A DNA stretch of 64,000 nt. Origin: Octopus vulgaris (Eukaryota). Positions 26,821 through 40,329 of this stretch are shown here, piece after piece; position 1 is the stretch's first letter, and the number at the start of each line of letters is the position of its first letter. The notes beneath the pieces are model-generated. The model worked only from the letters and a program-made list of their open reading frames with translations, did no database searches and was not told the DNA's origin. The stretch is from NCBI GenBank assembly GCA_951406725.2, contig OX597822.1, positions 94,798,001 through 94,862,000 of the forward strand, in the 5' to 3' direction. Both the position numbers and the translations under genes were made by a program.

Positions 26821-28445
26821 TTGTATATGTATATATACTCTCTTTTTTCTTTTACTCTCTTTTATTTGTTTCAGTCATTTGACTGCGGCTATGCTGGAGC
26901 ACCGCCTTTAATTGAGCAACTCGACCCTGGGACTTATTCTTTTGTAAGCCCAGTACTTATTCTATCAGTCTCTTTTGCCAAACCACTAAGTAACGGAGAC
27001 ATAAATACACCAGCATCGGTTGTCAAGCAATGCTAGGGGACAAACACAGACACACAAACACACATATATACGACGGGCTTCTTTCAGTTTCTGTCTACCA
27101 AATCCACTCACAAGGCTTTGGTCAGCTCGAGGCTATAGTAGAAGACACTTGCCCAAGGTGCCACACAGTGGGACTGAACCCGGAACCATGTGGTTGGTAG
27201 ACAAGCTACTTACCACACAGCCACTCCTGCGCCTATGTTGATGAAATGCATTTATTCACTGCATCAGCTAATATTTAGAATAAAGATTTTCAACGCTGGT
27301 CAAAAATGGCTACTTATGGTCTTTGTAGGAAGAAAAAAAATGTTAGTACTTTTAGTGTTAAACTAATTTAGCCAGGTTTTCATTCATAAAATTACGTACA
27401 TCATATAAGTGTTCTTTTGTTCAGGTGTTGCGTTTGTGATGTGTACTTAATTACTATGAGATGTGAGAGGGAAGGGGCTTTGTTTTATGTGTGAGTGTGT
27501 GTGTGTGTGTGCTAAGTTTAATAAGTCTTGTATGTATAGGCCTTACTGTTGCAGGCAAGTGTCTCTTCCTTTTACTATCTCTCTCTTTCTCTCTCTCTTG
27601 CATCCTACTATTGTTCCTTTGTATTTTTCCTTATTTTACTCTCTTACTCCTCCCTCTCATTATTTGCCGCTCTTTCTCTTTGTCTTATTATTATTATCAT
27701 AGTACATTATGAAGAGAATTGTCAGCCGCTTTTAAATAATGACTCAGAAGACATGACCATGCCTCCTGTCATTGCACATTAAAATATATACACAATTAGT
27801 TGGCAAATGTGTACAAGATCCTCTCAGGAAAAAAAAAAAACCAAAGACAAAAAAAAATTCTCAGTATGTTAATCAATATTCAAGGAGTTGTAGTGAAAAC
27901 ATCACACTAAAAGCTATAAATTGAATGAAACCAAGGAAAACACTGATCTATACAGAAATAATCAATACTCTTAGGCTATCAATGTCTTATAATAAATAAC
28001 TGGTTTCTATTGTTTTTCTTCATTTGAAGAGAATATTTTCGTTTGTTGAAGAATTGCCAAAACTGATGCAACATTTGGTGTCTACGTCATGACTGCGACA
28101 TACTTTCTTAAGAATAGGTCAGACAAAGAAATCCAGTCTATTATTTAAACAAAGAGTACAGTTGGGGAAGTTGAATGAGGTTTACGAGACAACCTGCCGA
28201 TGACAAATCGGTGAATCAGTATTAATTTTTTTAGTAAGTTAGTCATAGAAGGAAAGGTAATATACATGACCATGGCAAGCTTCCTAATGCCATTTCACCT
28301 TGAACATTTGCAGGAATTTCTAGGGCTGACATTCTGATATAGTGGCTAGTAGAGGACTAGATGGGGAAACTACATAGGTGATGGAAGGAGAGATAAGTGG
28401 GTGAGTAGAGATAAGTGCCAGAGAAGAGACGGTACAAGACTAGTC

Positions 28446-28675
28446 GGCGGCGAGCTGGCAGAATCGTTAGCGCGCCGGGCGAAATGCTTAGCGGTATTTC
28501 GTCTGCCGCTACATTCTGAGTTCAAATTCCGCTGAGTCGACTTTGCCTTTCATCCTTTCGGGGTCGATAAATTAAGCACTAGTTACGCACTGGGGTCGAT
28601 GTAATCGACTTAATCCGTTTGTCTGTCCTTGTTTGTCTTCTCTGTGTTTAGCCCCTTGTGGGTAGTAAAGAAATA
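28446..28675 (+). mobile_element. SINE family A (tRNA-like head, Nin/Deu-like central domain), full length
   Basis: 15-bp TSD GGTACAAGACTAGTC (28431-28445 / 28676-28690); B-box GAGTTCAAATTCC; central GCCTTTCATCCTTTCGGGGTCGATAAA. Other copies near 3819, 5638, 14050, 14320, 39320, 42135, 48211, 52538 and 62656. Confidence 0.88.
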
Positions 28676-29299
28676 GGTACAAGACTAGTCAGCTCTAAAG
28701 AGCAGACATCACACAAATAGCAACAAAAATACAGAGTGGAGACAGTATACTTGAGGTCCAAAGGTTAGGGCAAATCTAAACCCTTCAGAGTACAAACGAA
28801 TTAATAGAAGGGGTTCCATCATCCTACAGGCTTGTAAGCAATTTTGTGCCAACCTATCATACAGCCATTTTCTTTTTTTTTTTGTGACACTTTGTCACTA
28901 CTATCATTATCTTCTTTACAGATACTCCCATCCATTTTTGTATAATGCAGGATAACTATTTATTGCCCCTATGGTAAGACAATTGTATCTGTTCCTCTAT
29001 CATACTTAAGCATCTCAACATCCAGCATAAAGTTACCTTTATTACAGTTCTACTCTGTCAAGGGCTCTTTTCCTTTATCTCATAAATTAATAGATGACCT
29101 CCCTAATACCAGTGTCATGAAAAAAGCACCCAGTACACTTTATAAAGTGGTTAGCATTAGGAAGGGCGTCTAGCTGTGGAAACCATGCCTAAAATAGAAA
29201 GGAGTTTTGACCCAATCCTCTGGCTCATTTGATCATATCAAACCATCCAATCTATGCCAAATATTAAATGATAATAATTATGATGATGATGATCTAGGA

Positions 29300-30285
29300 T
29301 ACCCATATTTGTAACAACTCCATCCCAGATGTAGGAGCATTACTCCATTGTAGACCTCACCAGAGCCTTATAGAAGGCTATCGTTGTTGGACATTGATGT
29401 TATTTTTGTAGCTGTGAACAAGGTCAGTCTTTGTGGTGCATTCTTTGTCATGTCAAGGATGTGCATTCATCAGGAGAGATGCTCAATGACAGCAAGGCCT
29501 AACATTGGTAGCAACTTTGGGAGTTGTGTATGTTGTCCATGTTTAGGAGGAAGGGTACAATGGTGTGGGGATGGGAGGGTTTGGTATGTGTAGAAAATGC
29601 GTTTGAGTTATCAAAGGAAACAAGATTGTGATGACCCCCCCAAGGTCCTGATGTTATTACAGTTTTCTTAACGAAGTCACTGCAGACTTGGTATGAAGTG
29701 TTTAGGCTGCTTGTGAATGATGCTTCAGTGCAGAAGAATGATGATATCATTTGCACAGAAGTGGATCTTGTTGGAAGTACGTCATTGATGTATAGAAAGA
29801 AGAATGAGGGAATGCAAAATTGAACTTTGGAGCACACTGGTGTCGGTAGAGGGGGTTCCATTAGCAAACACTGTGATGGCTAGATCTGACAGAAAGCCAG
29901 CAATATAAGACAGAGAAGATAGCTTGCAGTTTTACTTCAGCACTCATCTATCAGATACTGTTGAATGTCTTGTTGATGTCAAATGCAATAACCCTGTTTC
30001 CACCAAATTTCTTGTGGCAAGAGCTCGTTGGTGGGTCACATAAAAAAATGTCACCAGTAGATTTGGTTTTATGAAAGCCAGACAAGTAGTCATTAAGGGA
30101 AGAGAAAGATTCAAGGTTGTGGAGAACATTGTTGTTAATGTTTGCTTCCACTTTGAGGAGTTGGAAATTAGTGTGGTAGGTCAATAATTGGCAGGATCAG
30201 AGAATTTGTTGATCCTAGGAATGGAATACAAAATATTGCATTTACAAAAATCAGGATATAACCTTGTAGAAAGAGTGATTGAAGA
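29300..30285 (-). pseudogene. Degenerate CR1/Jockey-like reverse transcriptase
   Basis: DPANY*P, GFHKTKSTGD, VIAFDINKTFNSI and FLYINDVLP motifs with stops and frameshifts. Confidence 0.75.
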
Positions 30286-32483
30286 GTTTATTCTTTTATT
30301 TTTTACTTGTTTCAGTCATTTGACTGCAGCCATGCTGGAGCACCGCATTGAAGGGTTTTAGTTGAACAGATTGGCCTCAGGACTTATTTCTTAAGCCTAG
30401 TACTTATTCTGTTGGTCTCTTTTGCTGAAGCACTAAGTTATAGGGATGTAAACACACCAACACTGCTTATCAAGAGGTGATGAGGGACAAACACAGATAC
30501 AAAGACATATACACACACACACTCATATATATATACATATGACAGGCTTCTTTCAGTTTCCATTTACCAAATCCACTCACAAGGCTTTAGACAGCTATAG
30601 TAGAAGACAGTTGCCCAAGATTCCACGCAATGGGACTGAACCTGGAACCATGTAGTTGGGAAGCAAACTCCTTACCACACAGCCATGCCTGTGCAATGAT
30701 AGAGATAAACACTAGGGCACATTGTTGAAAGTAATAGAAGAACCATTGCCAGGGTCAGTGGCCTTATTAGTTGGAATGAAAGGAGGTATTTTGCACTTTC
30801 TTTCTTTTTCTTTTACTCATTTCAGTCATTTGACTGCGGCCATGCTGGAGCACCGCCTTTAGTCGAGCAAATCGACCCCGGGACTTATTCTTTGTAAGCC
30901 CAGTACTTATTCTATCGGTCTCTTTTTGCTGAACCGCTAAGTGACGGGGACGTAAACACACCAGCACCGGTTGTCAAGCAATGCTAGGGACACACACACA
31001 CATACATATATATATATACATATATATGACAGGCTTCTTTCAGTTTCCATCAACCAAATCCACTCACAAGGCATTGGTTGGCCCGGGGCTATAGCAGAAG
31101 ACACTTGCCCAAGATGCCACGCAGTGGGACTGAACCCGGAACCATGTGGTTGGTTAGCAAGCTACTTACCACACTGCCACTCCTGCGCCTATATATGTTA
31201 TGTGTATGTTACTACATAAAAGTGGCGATGAGGATACCTCCCATTGTATAACAGTTTCATAACCATGGAGACGAGGAATCATAGCTCACACAGCCACTGA
31301 TGTGTAGTAGCGGGGGAATAACAGTATATATGTGTATGATTGCAAGACTGATGAAAAAAGATTTGTTTTGGAGAAGATTAACCCAATAGCAATTAATCCA
31401 ACCATATCAGACCCAGATATTCTACCTGTTTTATTTTAAAACTGACCAGATCCAACCTTCCACACCTGCCCTACAATGTCATTCTAAAAATATACAAACA
31501 TATCATTGAAATTTTGAAGCTACAAGATAATGTGATTAATTCAAAGTGGTACCAGTGCCGGTGGCACATAAGAGAACCATCCGAACGTGGCCGTAGCCAG
31601 CACCGCATTGTCTGGCCTCCGTGCTGGTGGCACATAAACACCATCCGATCGTGGCCGTGCCAGCCTCGCCTGGCCTCCGTGCAGGTGGCATGTAAAAAAC
31701 ACCATCCGAGCGTGGCCGTTCGCCAGCCTCGTCTGGCACCTGTGTCGGTGGCACATAAAAAGCACCCACTACACTCACGGAGTGGTTGGCGTTAGGAAGG
31801 GCATCCAGCTGTAGAAACACTGCCAGATCTGACTGGCCTGGTGCCAGTTGAACCGTCCAACCCATGCTAGCATGGAAAGCAGACGTTAAACGATGATGAT
31901 GATGAATACAAATAGATAAGCAATGCATTTGACAAAGAAATCTGAATGCTAAAGGGTTAATGTGGTACAGTATGGAAATTGCTGCAAAACAAGTAGCAAA
32001 TATGAAGGGAGTACTACTTAAAGACCCATCAAAAGTGAGAAGAGTGAAAGAAAGGAAAATGCTACAATGTTAGCAGAGACATTTTTAGTAAAGAACCATA
32101 AGGACTGGCTGTAATTTGTAAGGTTTGAGAGCTTACAAGCCAAATGATGCAAGGAGGCCTGCTTTGTTGTTTGTACGAAGGTTCTACATGGCCTGTGGTG
32201 CTGGACATTGGTTGGCTGGGGACTATAGTGGAAGACACTGCCAAGGCACCACACACAGACACTGAGCCTGAAACAGTATTGTTGCAAAATAAACTGTCTT
32301 AGCCATACTTATCATTATCACCCCTCTGCCACCAAAAAAATGTCAGAACTAAATTCATATTAATTTCTGCTATAGTCTATTATTAAACAGTGACAAGTAA
32401 AAGTTAGATATACACTGGTGATAGTTGATAATAGATTGAACAGTTTGAGCAAATAATATTCCAAGAGAAGTTTTGTGCTAGAT

Positions 32484-32684
32484 CAGTGCTTTTCAAACTT
32501 TTTGCTGGAGCGGAACCCCAAGGAAACATTCCACTGGCTCGAGGAACCCCTGTGCAATAATTTAATAGCCTTATGCATACATATCTGCACAGGAGAATTA
32601 AAAATTACTGCCGATTTTAGCAGTTTTGTAACTTCTTGCGGAACCCCTGGACTGTGCTGGTGGAACCCTGGTTGAAAACCACTG
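32484..32684. mobile_element. hAT MITE, same family
   Basis: 8-bp TSD TGCTAGAT; 18 bp shorter, lost between GGAACCCT direct repeats. Confidence 0.9.
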
Positions 32685-33998
32685 TGCTAGATTGACCTTT
32701 TCTCTTTATAGGTGCTGAAAATTTTTCTTGGAATCAAGGAACAACATAAAAATCAATTAATATTTATTGAGTGTTAGTAAAAGTTGGGTTTTTGAGAGGG
32801 TGGCTTATCTTTTACTGCATCTCAGAAGGCGTGCATGTGTATGAACAAAATCACTAACTCAATGTGTGTGTGTGTACAGTAACGTACTCTAGTGGGTGAA
32901 TCAGCAGAGCACTTCAGGACTGAAATATTTCTGTTGCAGTCTTACAGTTAAAAAAAAATCGATCAGTCAAAAATAAAACCACGCTGTGATTATTCGTAGA
33001 ACACAAGAAACGGGGGATGTGAAACAATGTTTTTATGTTTAAGTTTTAAAAAAAAAATCCGTAAGCTACGTATGTGGTTAACAAATACTATTTATCAAAT
33101 GTAAAACTAAATATCAACTCCGTAAAATAGTCTGTTCAAATTTCAATAATGACAGACTATATGACTTTTGAAAGTGCGTAAATAGATTTATATTAAAAAC
33201 AGAAATTAATTAGGTACCGTGAAGAAGGTAAAGGAAGATTCTGTAATGCTTGGTACTATTCTATATAAACATAAATAAAATAAATGATTATAATCGAGAA
33301 CAAAAACAAGAATTGGAGAGAGTCTTAATGGAAAATAACTGGTTTCATTTTCGATACTGGCTTATGTGACATTTCCTACTTAGATTATTTTAAATGCTGT
33401 CGTAAATTAAACTCTGGCAGGTCAAATTCTGATCGAAGCACACCATATAACGCTTCCTAACTATTTTATTTTGAGGAAATATTTGCCAATTTGTATTCTA
33501 CGAACTGGAATTCGTGTGATTAAGCACATTATTTTTTTTTTTAATGCTAGCCGGTTTCAACTCCAGCCAAGCCAATTCACGTCGTGTTTATGTATGAGTG
33601 TGTGTCAGTGCGTGTCTGGCGATGGAATTCACTGTTGTAACATAGAATGTGAATTAATTCTAGGTACTAGTATCGTAGAGTGGTCCCGGTACCTTCTAGG
33701 TACCACTCTACGATACTAGTACCTTAATGGTAATTCTGTTTTCAATTTATGTAAAAGACCAGTAATTTTAATGGTAAAAAGAACTAAATGATTACACGCC
33801 AGTGATTGTATGTACGGCAATATATTTTATCGACCCCTAAGGAATGAAAGACAAAGTTGTCCTCGACGGGATATGAATCAATACGTGAAGTGTCGAAAGA
33901 AAATGAGAATTAATATAAAAGCTTGAAAATTACCCGAAAATAACAATACTACAACAAGAAGAACAACTACTACTAGTAGTAATAATAATAAACCTTAC

Positions 33999-34085
33999 CC
34001 ATGCTAATCTTCTGTACATCGCACGTTTCCAAAACCTGTGTGGTCCTCGATTCCGGACAGCATTTACCGGCGTTAAAAACACCAT
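33999..34085 (-). CDS. MRPL20: MRPL20 coding exon 1 (MVFLTPVNAVRNRGPHRFWKRAMYRRLAW)
   Basis: Translated by hand: ATG at 34085, 87 nt, followed by GTAAGG donor. Resembles the MVFLT...RNR N-terminus of metazoan MRPL20. Confidence 0.93.
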
Positions 34086-34440
34086 TTCTGAGGATTTTAG
34101 ATAGAAATCTTAACAGAATGCAAAGACAGAGATGATTTCCTTCTCTTTTACGCTCAACTGATAAAATAACAATAGAAAAAAACCCAAAAAAACCCCTCCG
34201 TAATAACTCAGACCTTGTTCATTTAACGACTGTTGTTAATGAAAAGCCTGATGACGATTGACCTCTACTGTGGATTATCTCCCCCTTACATCTAGAGGTC
34301 ACGTGCCGACTCAGGTAATTTCTCTCTGTAGAATAAAGTCTGAGACGGATAAAATCATGTGATAGGGTTTCGTTGGGTAAATAATTTTGCGGCACTCTTG
34401 CGGATTATGATGCCAAATTGAAAATCGCAATATTGACACC
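34086..34440 (-). promoter_or_regulatory. MRPL20 5' UTR / proximal promoter with E-box GTCACGTG (34298-34305)
   Basis: Unique, relatively CpG-rich sequence directly upstream of the ATG. The motif is seen; function is inferred. Confidence 0.45.
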
Positions 34441-34620
34441 AATAAAGCTTATTTTCAGTGGAAATAGTAACACTATTATGTGCTATGTCTAGACTAACAC
34501 TCATTGTTTTTATTTTTTCTTTCTTTTTTTTTTAATATTAGACTTTTTTTTTCCAAAAATTTTTTCCGTTTTTCTCTTTATATTTTCAACAATGGTGATT
34601 GCGATTTTTAAAAAAATAGT

Positions 34621-34778
34621 GGCGATCCTTCGGTATAGGTACACACGTGACTTTGTTTACATTTCTGAAGATAACAGAAATGCTATTCTCCCACCCCTAA
34701 TCCTAACACCCCATATATAAAAAAAACACTTTCTTGAAATGTATCCGGTACTTCCGGTACCTATACCGAAGTTACGCC
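34621..34778. mobile_element. Small GG-ended MITE upstream of MRPL20
   Basis: GGCGATCCTTCGGTATAGGTAC / GTACCTATACCGAAGTTACGCC; 8-bp flanks AAAATAGT/AAAATAAT. Confidence 0.7.
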
Positions 34779-35123
34779 AAAATAATTTTTAAATTTTAAA
34801 TTTTTTTCCCACCCTTCATTATATATTTATTTACTATACCCTTCATTATATATTTATTTACTATTTATTTTTTCTTGTTTTTAACTTCTTTCGGGAAAAC
34901 TTTTTGGGCTTCCACCTTTAGAAATACGAAGATTACAATGGGCAGATTAGGCGAGAAACACTAATGTGTATGCGTACATATGCACTTACACTCACACACA
35001 CACACACACACACAGAGGTTATCTCAACACCTTATTTCTTTCTCTCACTCCCTCTTTGGCCAATCTACAACTCCCCCTCCTTTCGATGATCTTCTCCACA
35101 TAGCCTCTTCCTCACACTCATTA

Positions 35124-35163
<40 letters not shown>

Positions 35164-35968
35164 TACACCACCTGACCATTTTACTCTTTCTTCTCTGTCT
35201 CGCTAACCCTCCAACACTGCTGTCTCCTTTGTCCCTTCCACAAAAGCGTTTTCGTTACTCTCTATCCTACCACCTACAATAAAGCTATTCCATCATTCTT
35301 TACCATCTCTCAACACCTCGCCAAAGTAAGCACGCTCTCCTATTCTTGTTTCAGTCGGAAGAGCCCTCTTGCTACAAATCAATCTCACTGGTGCTTGTGT
35401 CCCCATACACACACTCACACATACATACATACATACATACCCATTACAATCCCAACTCCAGCAGAGACAGCGTAGTGTCAAGGGGGCTCTTCTACCAGGT
35501 GTGGTGGTCCAAGGTAACTGCTGTAGCGTTGATACCACGAAAAACAAAATATGCACACTGAATACTTTGTAAGGTGGTTGGTGTCAGGAAGGGCTTCAAG
35601 CCACAGAAACCCTCTCAGAATAGAGAAGAATGGCATTTGATTTTTTTTTCTTTTATTATCAAGTACATTTTATGCAAAATATAAAAAGGTATATATTTTA
35701 CAAAAGAAAAAGAAAAAAATCAATGCAGTACCAAGTACTTCAGTTGGTCGCACAACACAAAATTCAGCGGAATCTACTAAAGCAAACCAGCAAGCTCGCG
35801 GCATTACCACGAGCAATGGCGAGGCTAGGGCGTTGGAAAAGCCAAGCACCCTCACAGGCATCACCTGACACCTCGGTAAGGTGAGCTGCTAACGATGATA
35901 AGAAATTCGCCGTTAGTGGCCCGGTCCCAACAAATGCCTCAAACGCAACAGGCTGGAAGAGACAGTTC

Positions 35969-36745
35969 GGATCTTTTCCTTTTGAACGGCACTTTGTAAC
36001 ATAATTTCTAGGTAACTAAACACTTTTAAACTTCGTATACTGGTAGAATATGCTTATAAAACATCATTTTCTCTTGGCTTTATTGAGAAAATTCTATAGG
36101 TTGTAACATATTTCGTCTAAAATTTCTTGCATTTCGGCAATTTTAACCAATCAGTTAACTCCATTGACGTAAATAACATTCTGTGCATAATGAATATGTC
36201 CCTCCTTTAAGAAACAGATTGGGTTTATTAACATTTCTGAAGAAAAAAGATACCCTTCCCCAACCCCTAACCCTAACTCTAACCCTAAATCTAAAATAGA
36301 TTGAAATGCAATAGATCGATACTAGGGCCATAATTATGGGTGACATTTTCATTTGACACTGCTAGAAAAAAATCCCATTTTCCGTAGCGGTGTCGTATGC
36401 AATTGTCACCCATAATTATAACCCTAGTATCGATCTATTGCATTTCAATCTATTTTAGATTTAGGGTTAGGGTTAGGGTTAGGGGTGGGGGACAATCTGT
36501 TTCTTAAAGAAGGGACATATTCATTATGCACAGAATGTTATTTACGTCAATGGAGGTAATTGATTGGTTAACATTGCCGAAATGCAAGAAATTTTAGACG
36601 AAATATGTTACAACCTATAGAATTTTCTCAATAAAGCCAAAAGAAAATGATGTTTTATAAACACATTCTACCAGTATACGAAGTTTAAAACTTTTTAGTT
36701 ACCTAGAAATTATGTTACAAAGTGCCGTTCAAAAGGAAAAGATCT
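35969..36745. mobile_element. Foldback MITE, Merlin-like, with internal TTAGGG repeats
   Basis: GGATCTTTTCC...GGAAAAGATCT ends, about 380-bp inverted arms, perfect 8-bp TSD GACAGTTC. Confidence 0.85.
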
Positions 36746-37757
36746 GACAGTTCAATGCCAGGTCCCGATACTTTAGGGTTTTGTTCCGTTCGGCTACGAA
36801 AATAGTGGCCCTCTCATTTACCGCAGCATCCAAAGTGTGGGAGGGAGCGAACTAGTTACAGAGTGTGGCATCCCAGACGAGGCACCTACCTCTTACCCAG
36901 GGACAGAGGGTAAGACCACATGTTCTCTTTCTGGGCGAACAACTTTCTTTTGCAAAATTTAACTGGCCAGAAACAATTAAAAGCTTAATTCAGAATGAAA
37001 CCAAAGGGTAGATTTCGTGCAATTTTGGGAATGTATCTTATGTCAAGGGCTGGCTATCTTAGTAAATATTGAGTCAATAAGGGAACCTCTATGATGTCGC
37101 TCAATCTTCTAGAAAAAGAAAACCAGCTAAATTTCCTTTAAATCATACAATTATACTTCACCATCTTCAAAATAAAATGGTCTAGATGCAATAGACAATG
37201 GCTAAATGTGGAGAATCGTGACCGAATTTTAAAGACAAAGAAGGGAAAGAATTGAAGAATAATATGATTTAAGTGAAATATCCAAACGAAAGTAATTATC
37301 TTCATAATAATATTTGGTTGATTCAGATCATGAGGATTGAATGCTTATGGAATCGTGTACTAAGAAATTTTTAAAGAATGAGTGGAGACAAAGGTGACAT
37401 GTTTCAAACATACATTTTCGAATTTCTATGGCGAGAGGAAATGAAATGACAGTCAAGAGATGTGTATCTTTAAGATATTTCTGATTACTCTTAAACATCA
37501 TTTCAACTTATGATTATTTTTTATTATTTTGTTTCTACTTGATAAGTTATCAAAATGCTTTTCTCCTCTCAAAATAAATACTTTTTGATGAAAATATTTG
37601 TTTTTCTCTTTGAAGTAAAAAAAATTTTTTCCTTACTGAAATAAGAAACAATTTATAAGCAGTATATCACTTTCGTATTTCAAGTAAACCATGATAGTTT
37701 TATACATCCCAGTGTTATTTTTTTTAATTACGACGCAATGTAGTGTTAGTCTTAGAT

Positions 37758-38366
37758 CAGTGGTACCCAGCCTTTTCACTACCAAGGACCCCTTTTCTTT
37801 AAATAAGTTTTTCCACGGACCCCTTTTAATATGTTTAGCCTTATATATATATATAATACAAAATGAGAAAATGGAGAAATATATCTAAATCAATCATCAA
37901 CTATCAGATAATACCGAATCATATAATTTATTAAAACACTACACAATAGCAATGAGATTAGACATTAATACAGTACAATAATTACAATCAATATGGTGAG
38001 ATATAACTAAATAAACATAACAAGATATAAAAATACATATGTTTATTTAGTTATATCTCACCATATTGATTGTAATTATTGTACTGTATTAATGTCTAAT
38101 CTCATTGCTATTGTGTAGTGTTTTAATAAAGTATATGATTCGGTATTATCTGATAGTTGATGATTGATTTAGATATATTTCTCCATTTTCTCATTTTGTA
38201 TTATTAATTTATGGTAAAAATAATTTTACCTTTGCCCACCTATTACAGTAAATGAATTAATTGCATCGCAATTTTTAACATTTATGTATTAGCTTTGTTG
38301 GGTACTTCTCTAGCAGTATATTGGATATATGTTATCCCATGAGGGTTGAATTTACAACCCCTATCA

Positions 38367-38401
<35 letters not shown>

Positions 38402-38484
38402 AACTTTTGAATTTTGTTCGTAGACACCCAGTACTACCCTCGTGGTCCATCAGGGGGCTGCGGACCACGGGTTGGGAACCACTG
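37758..38484. mobile_element. hAT MITE containing a long internal palindrome
   Basis: CAGTGGTACCCAGCC / GGGTTGGGAACCACTG ends, imperfect 8-bp TSD TCTTAGAT/TTTTAGAC. Confidence 0.7.
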
Positions 38485-38700
38485 TTTTAGACACATAAAA
38501 GATGGGATACTGGTTGAGTCGACCGGAGAGCAAAACAATTAATGTAAGGGCAGTAATTCATGCAATATAATAACCATGAGAGATTTACGTCCCCTTTTTT
38601 AAAAAAACCCTGTAAATTGAAAGATATTCCTGTTCACGACACAGTTCTGAGTTAAATAAGTGGCTCTTAACTTGGACGCTAAATGATTAGCGGAATCCTG

Positions 38701-39263
38701 GGATCTTTTCGGTTTGATCGGCAATTTTTTAAAATAATTTCCACGTAACTAAACACTTTTAAACTTCGTATACTGGTAGAATGTGTTTATAAAACATCTT
38801 TTTCTCTTGGCTTTATTGAGAAAATTCTATAGTTTGTAAGATATTTGTTGTTTTGGATCTTTTCGGTTTGACCGGCAGTTTTTTCTAGCGGTGTCATATG
38901 AAATTGTCATTCATAATTATGACCCTAGTATCGATCTATTGCATTTCAATCTGTTTTAGGGTTAAGGTTAGTTAGGGTTAGGGGTGGGGGGAAGGGTATC
39001 TTTTTTTTCTTCACAAATGTAAATAAACCCAATCTGTTTCTTAAACGAGGGACATATTCATACGGCACAGAATATTTTCACCTCAATGGACGTCATTGAT
39101 TGGTTGAAATTACAGAAATTGAAGAAAAAAAAACAACAAATATCTTACAAACCATAGAATTTTCTCAATAATGCCAGGAGAAAAAGATGTTTTATAAACA
39201 CATTCTACCATTTAGTTACGTGGAAATTATTTTTAAAAACTGCCGGTCAAACCGAAAAGATCC
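38701..39263. mobile_element. Same Merlin-like MITE family (composite, second start at about 38855)
   Basis: GGATCTTTTCGGTTTGA ... TCAAACCGAAAAGATCC; TTAGGG tract. Confidence 0.8.
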
Positions 39264-39627
39264 CATTAATTTTGAGTTTAATAATAAATAGCAATTAAGG
39301 AATGGCGGAAGTCACTTTTGATATTGATTTCAATTTTCAGCGTAAGGCCAGCGTGTTTAGGGTACATCGACCCTAGTGTTCAACTGGTATTCCGAAAGGA
39401 TGAAAGGCAAAGTCGACCTCAGCGGAATTTGAACTTAGAACGTAACGACAGAGAAAATGTCGCTGCATCGGCATTGTTATTCGTTGTAGTCGAGGGTTAC
39501 CAATTGTGACGGTATGGCTAAGGTGGAATCAGTGGTCACCGTGTAACGGTTGTTGTTGTTGTTGTTGTTGTTGCAGATGTGCAAGATGGAAGAAGAACAG
39601 TGATCGAAGTTGTAAAGAAAATATTTA

Positions 39628-40035
39628 TAGGCGCAGGAGTGGCTATGTGGTAAGTAGCTTGCTTACGAACCACATGGTTCCGGGTTCAGTCCCACTGCGT
39701 GGCACCTTGGGCAAGTGTCTTCTGCTATAGCCCCGGGCCAACCACTGCCTTGTGAGTGGATTTGGTAGACGGAAACTGAAAGAAGCCCGTCGTATATATG
39801 TATATATATATATATATATTTGTGTGTATGTTTATGTGTCTGTGTTTGTCCTCCTAGCATTGCTTGACAACCGATGCTGGTGTGTTTACGTCCCCGTCAC
39901 TTACCGGTTCGGCAAAAAAAGAGACCGATAGAATAAGTACTGGGCTTACAAAGAATAAGTCCCGGGGTCGATTTGCTCGACTAAAGGCGGTGCTCCAGCA
40001 TGGCCGCAATCAAATGACTGAAACACGTAAAAGAG
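39628..40035 (+). mobile_element. SINE family B (tRNA-like head, CORE-like GCACCTTGGGCAAGTGTC, internal TA/TG microsatellite)
   Basis: Absent at the paralogous site in unit B (about 51740). Other copies at 4785-5257, 18829-18985, 26845-27232(-), 30296-30692(-), 30800-31190(-), 46688-47088 and 61209-61612. Confidence 0.88.
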
Positions 40036-40329
40036 TACCGTTACTTAGTATAATTCTATGCCTCGACGGGCAGGCGTGATATAATTGAAAACGCATGCGA
40101 GGTTAAGGAAGTTAATTTCGGCCTGTATGTGTGTACAGGTTCTAATTGTATTAGTAAACCAGAGATAGTGATAGAATGATGTAAGAGAAAAGAAATTGAG
40201 CTAGTGGAAGTCATGAAGTCGAGGGAAGTTGTGTCTCATAGTTCGGTGATTGTAACCTTCTTTCTCTCTCTCTCTGACCGTTTGTCTTTAGTGGCTGCCA
40301 GCTTGTGACCATGACCCTAGTTGTCTAAA

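Noticed and set aside
34239-34320. First exon of a divergent gene (ATG plus CAG|GTAATT)
   Set aside because: In-frame TAG before the donor and no downstream exons found; a non-coding exon cannot be excluded.
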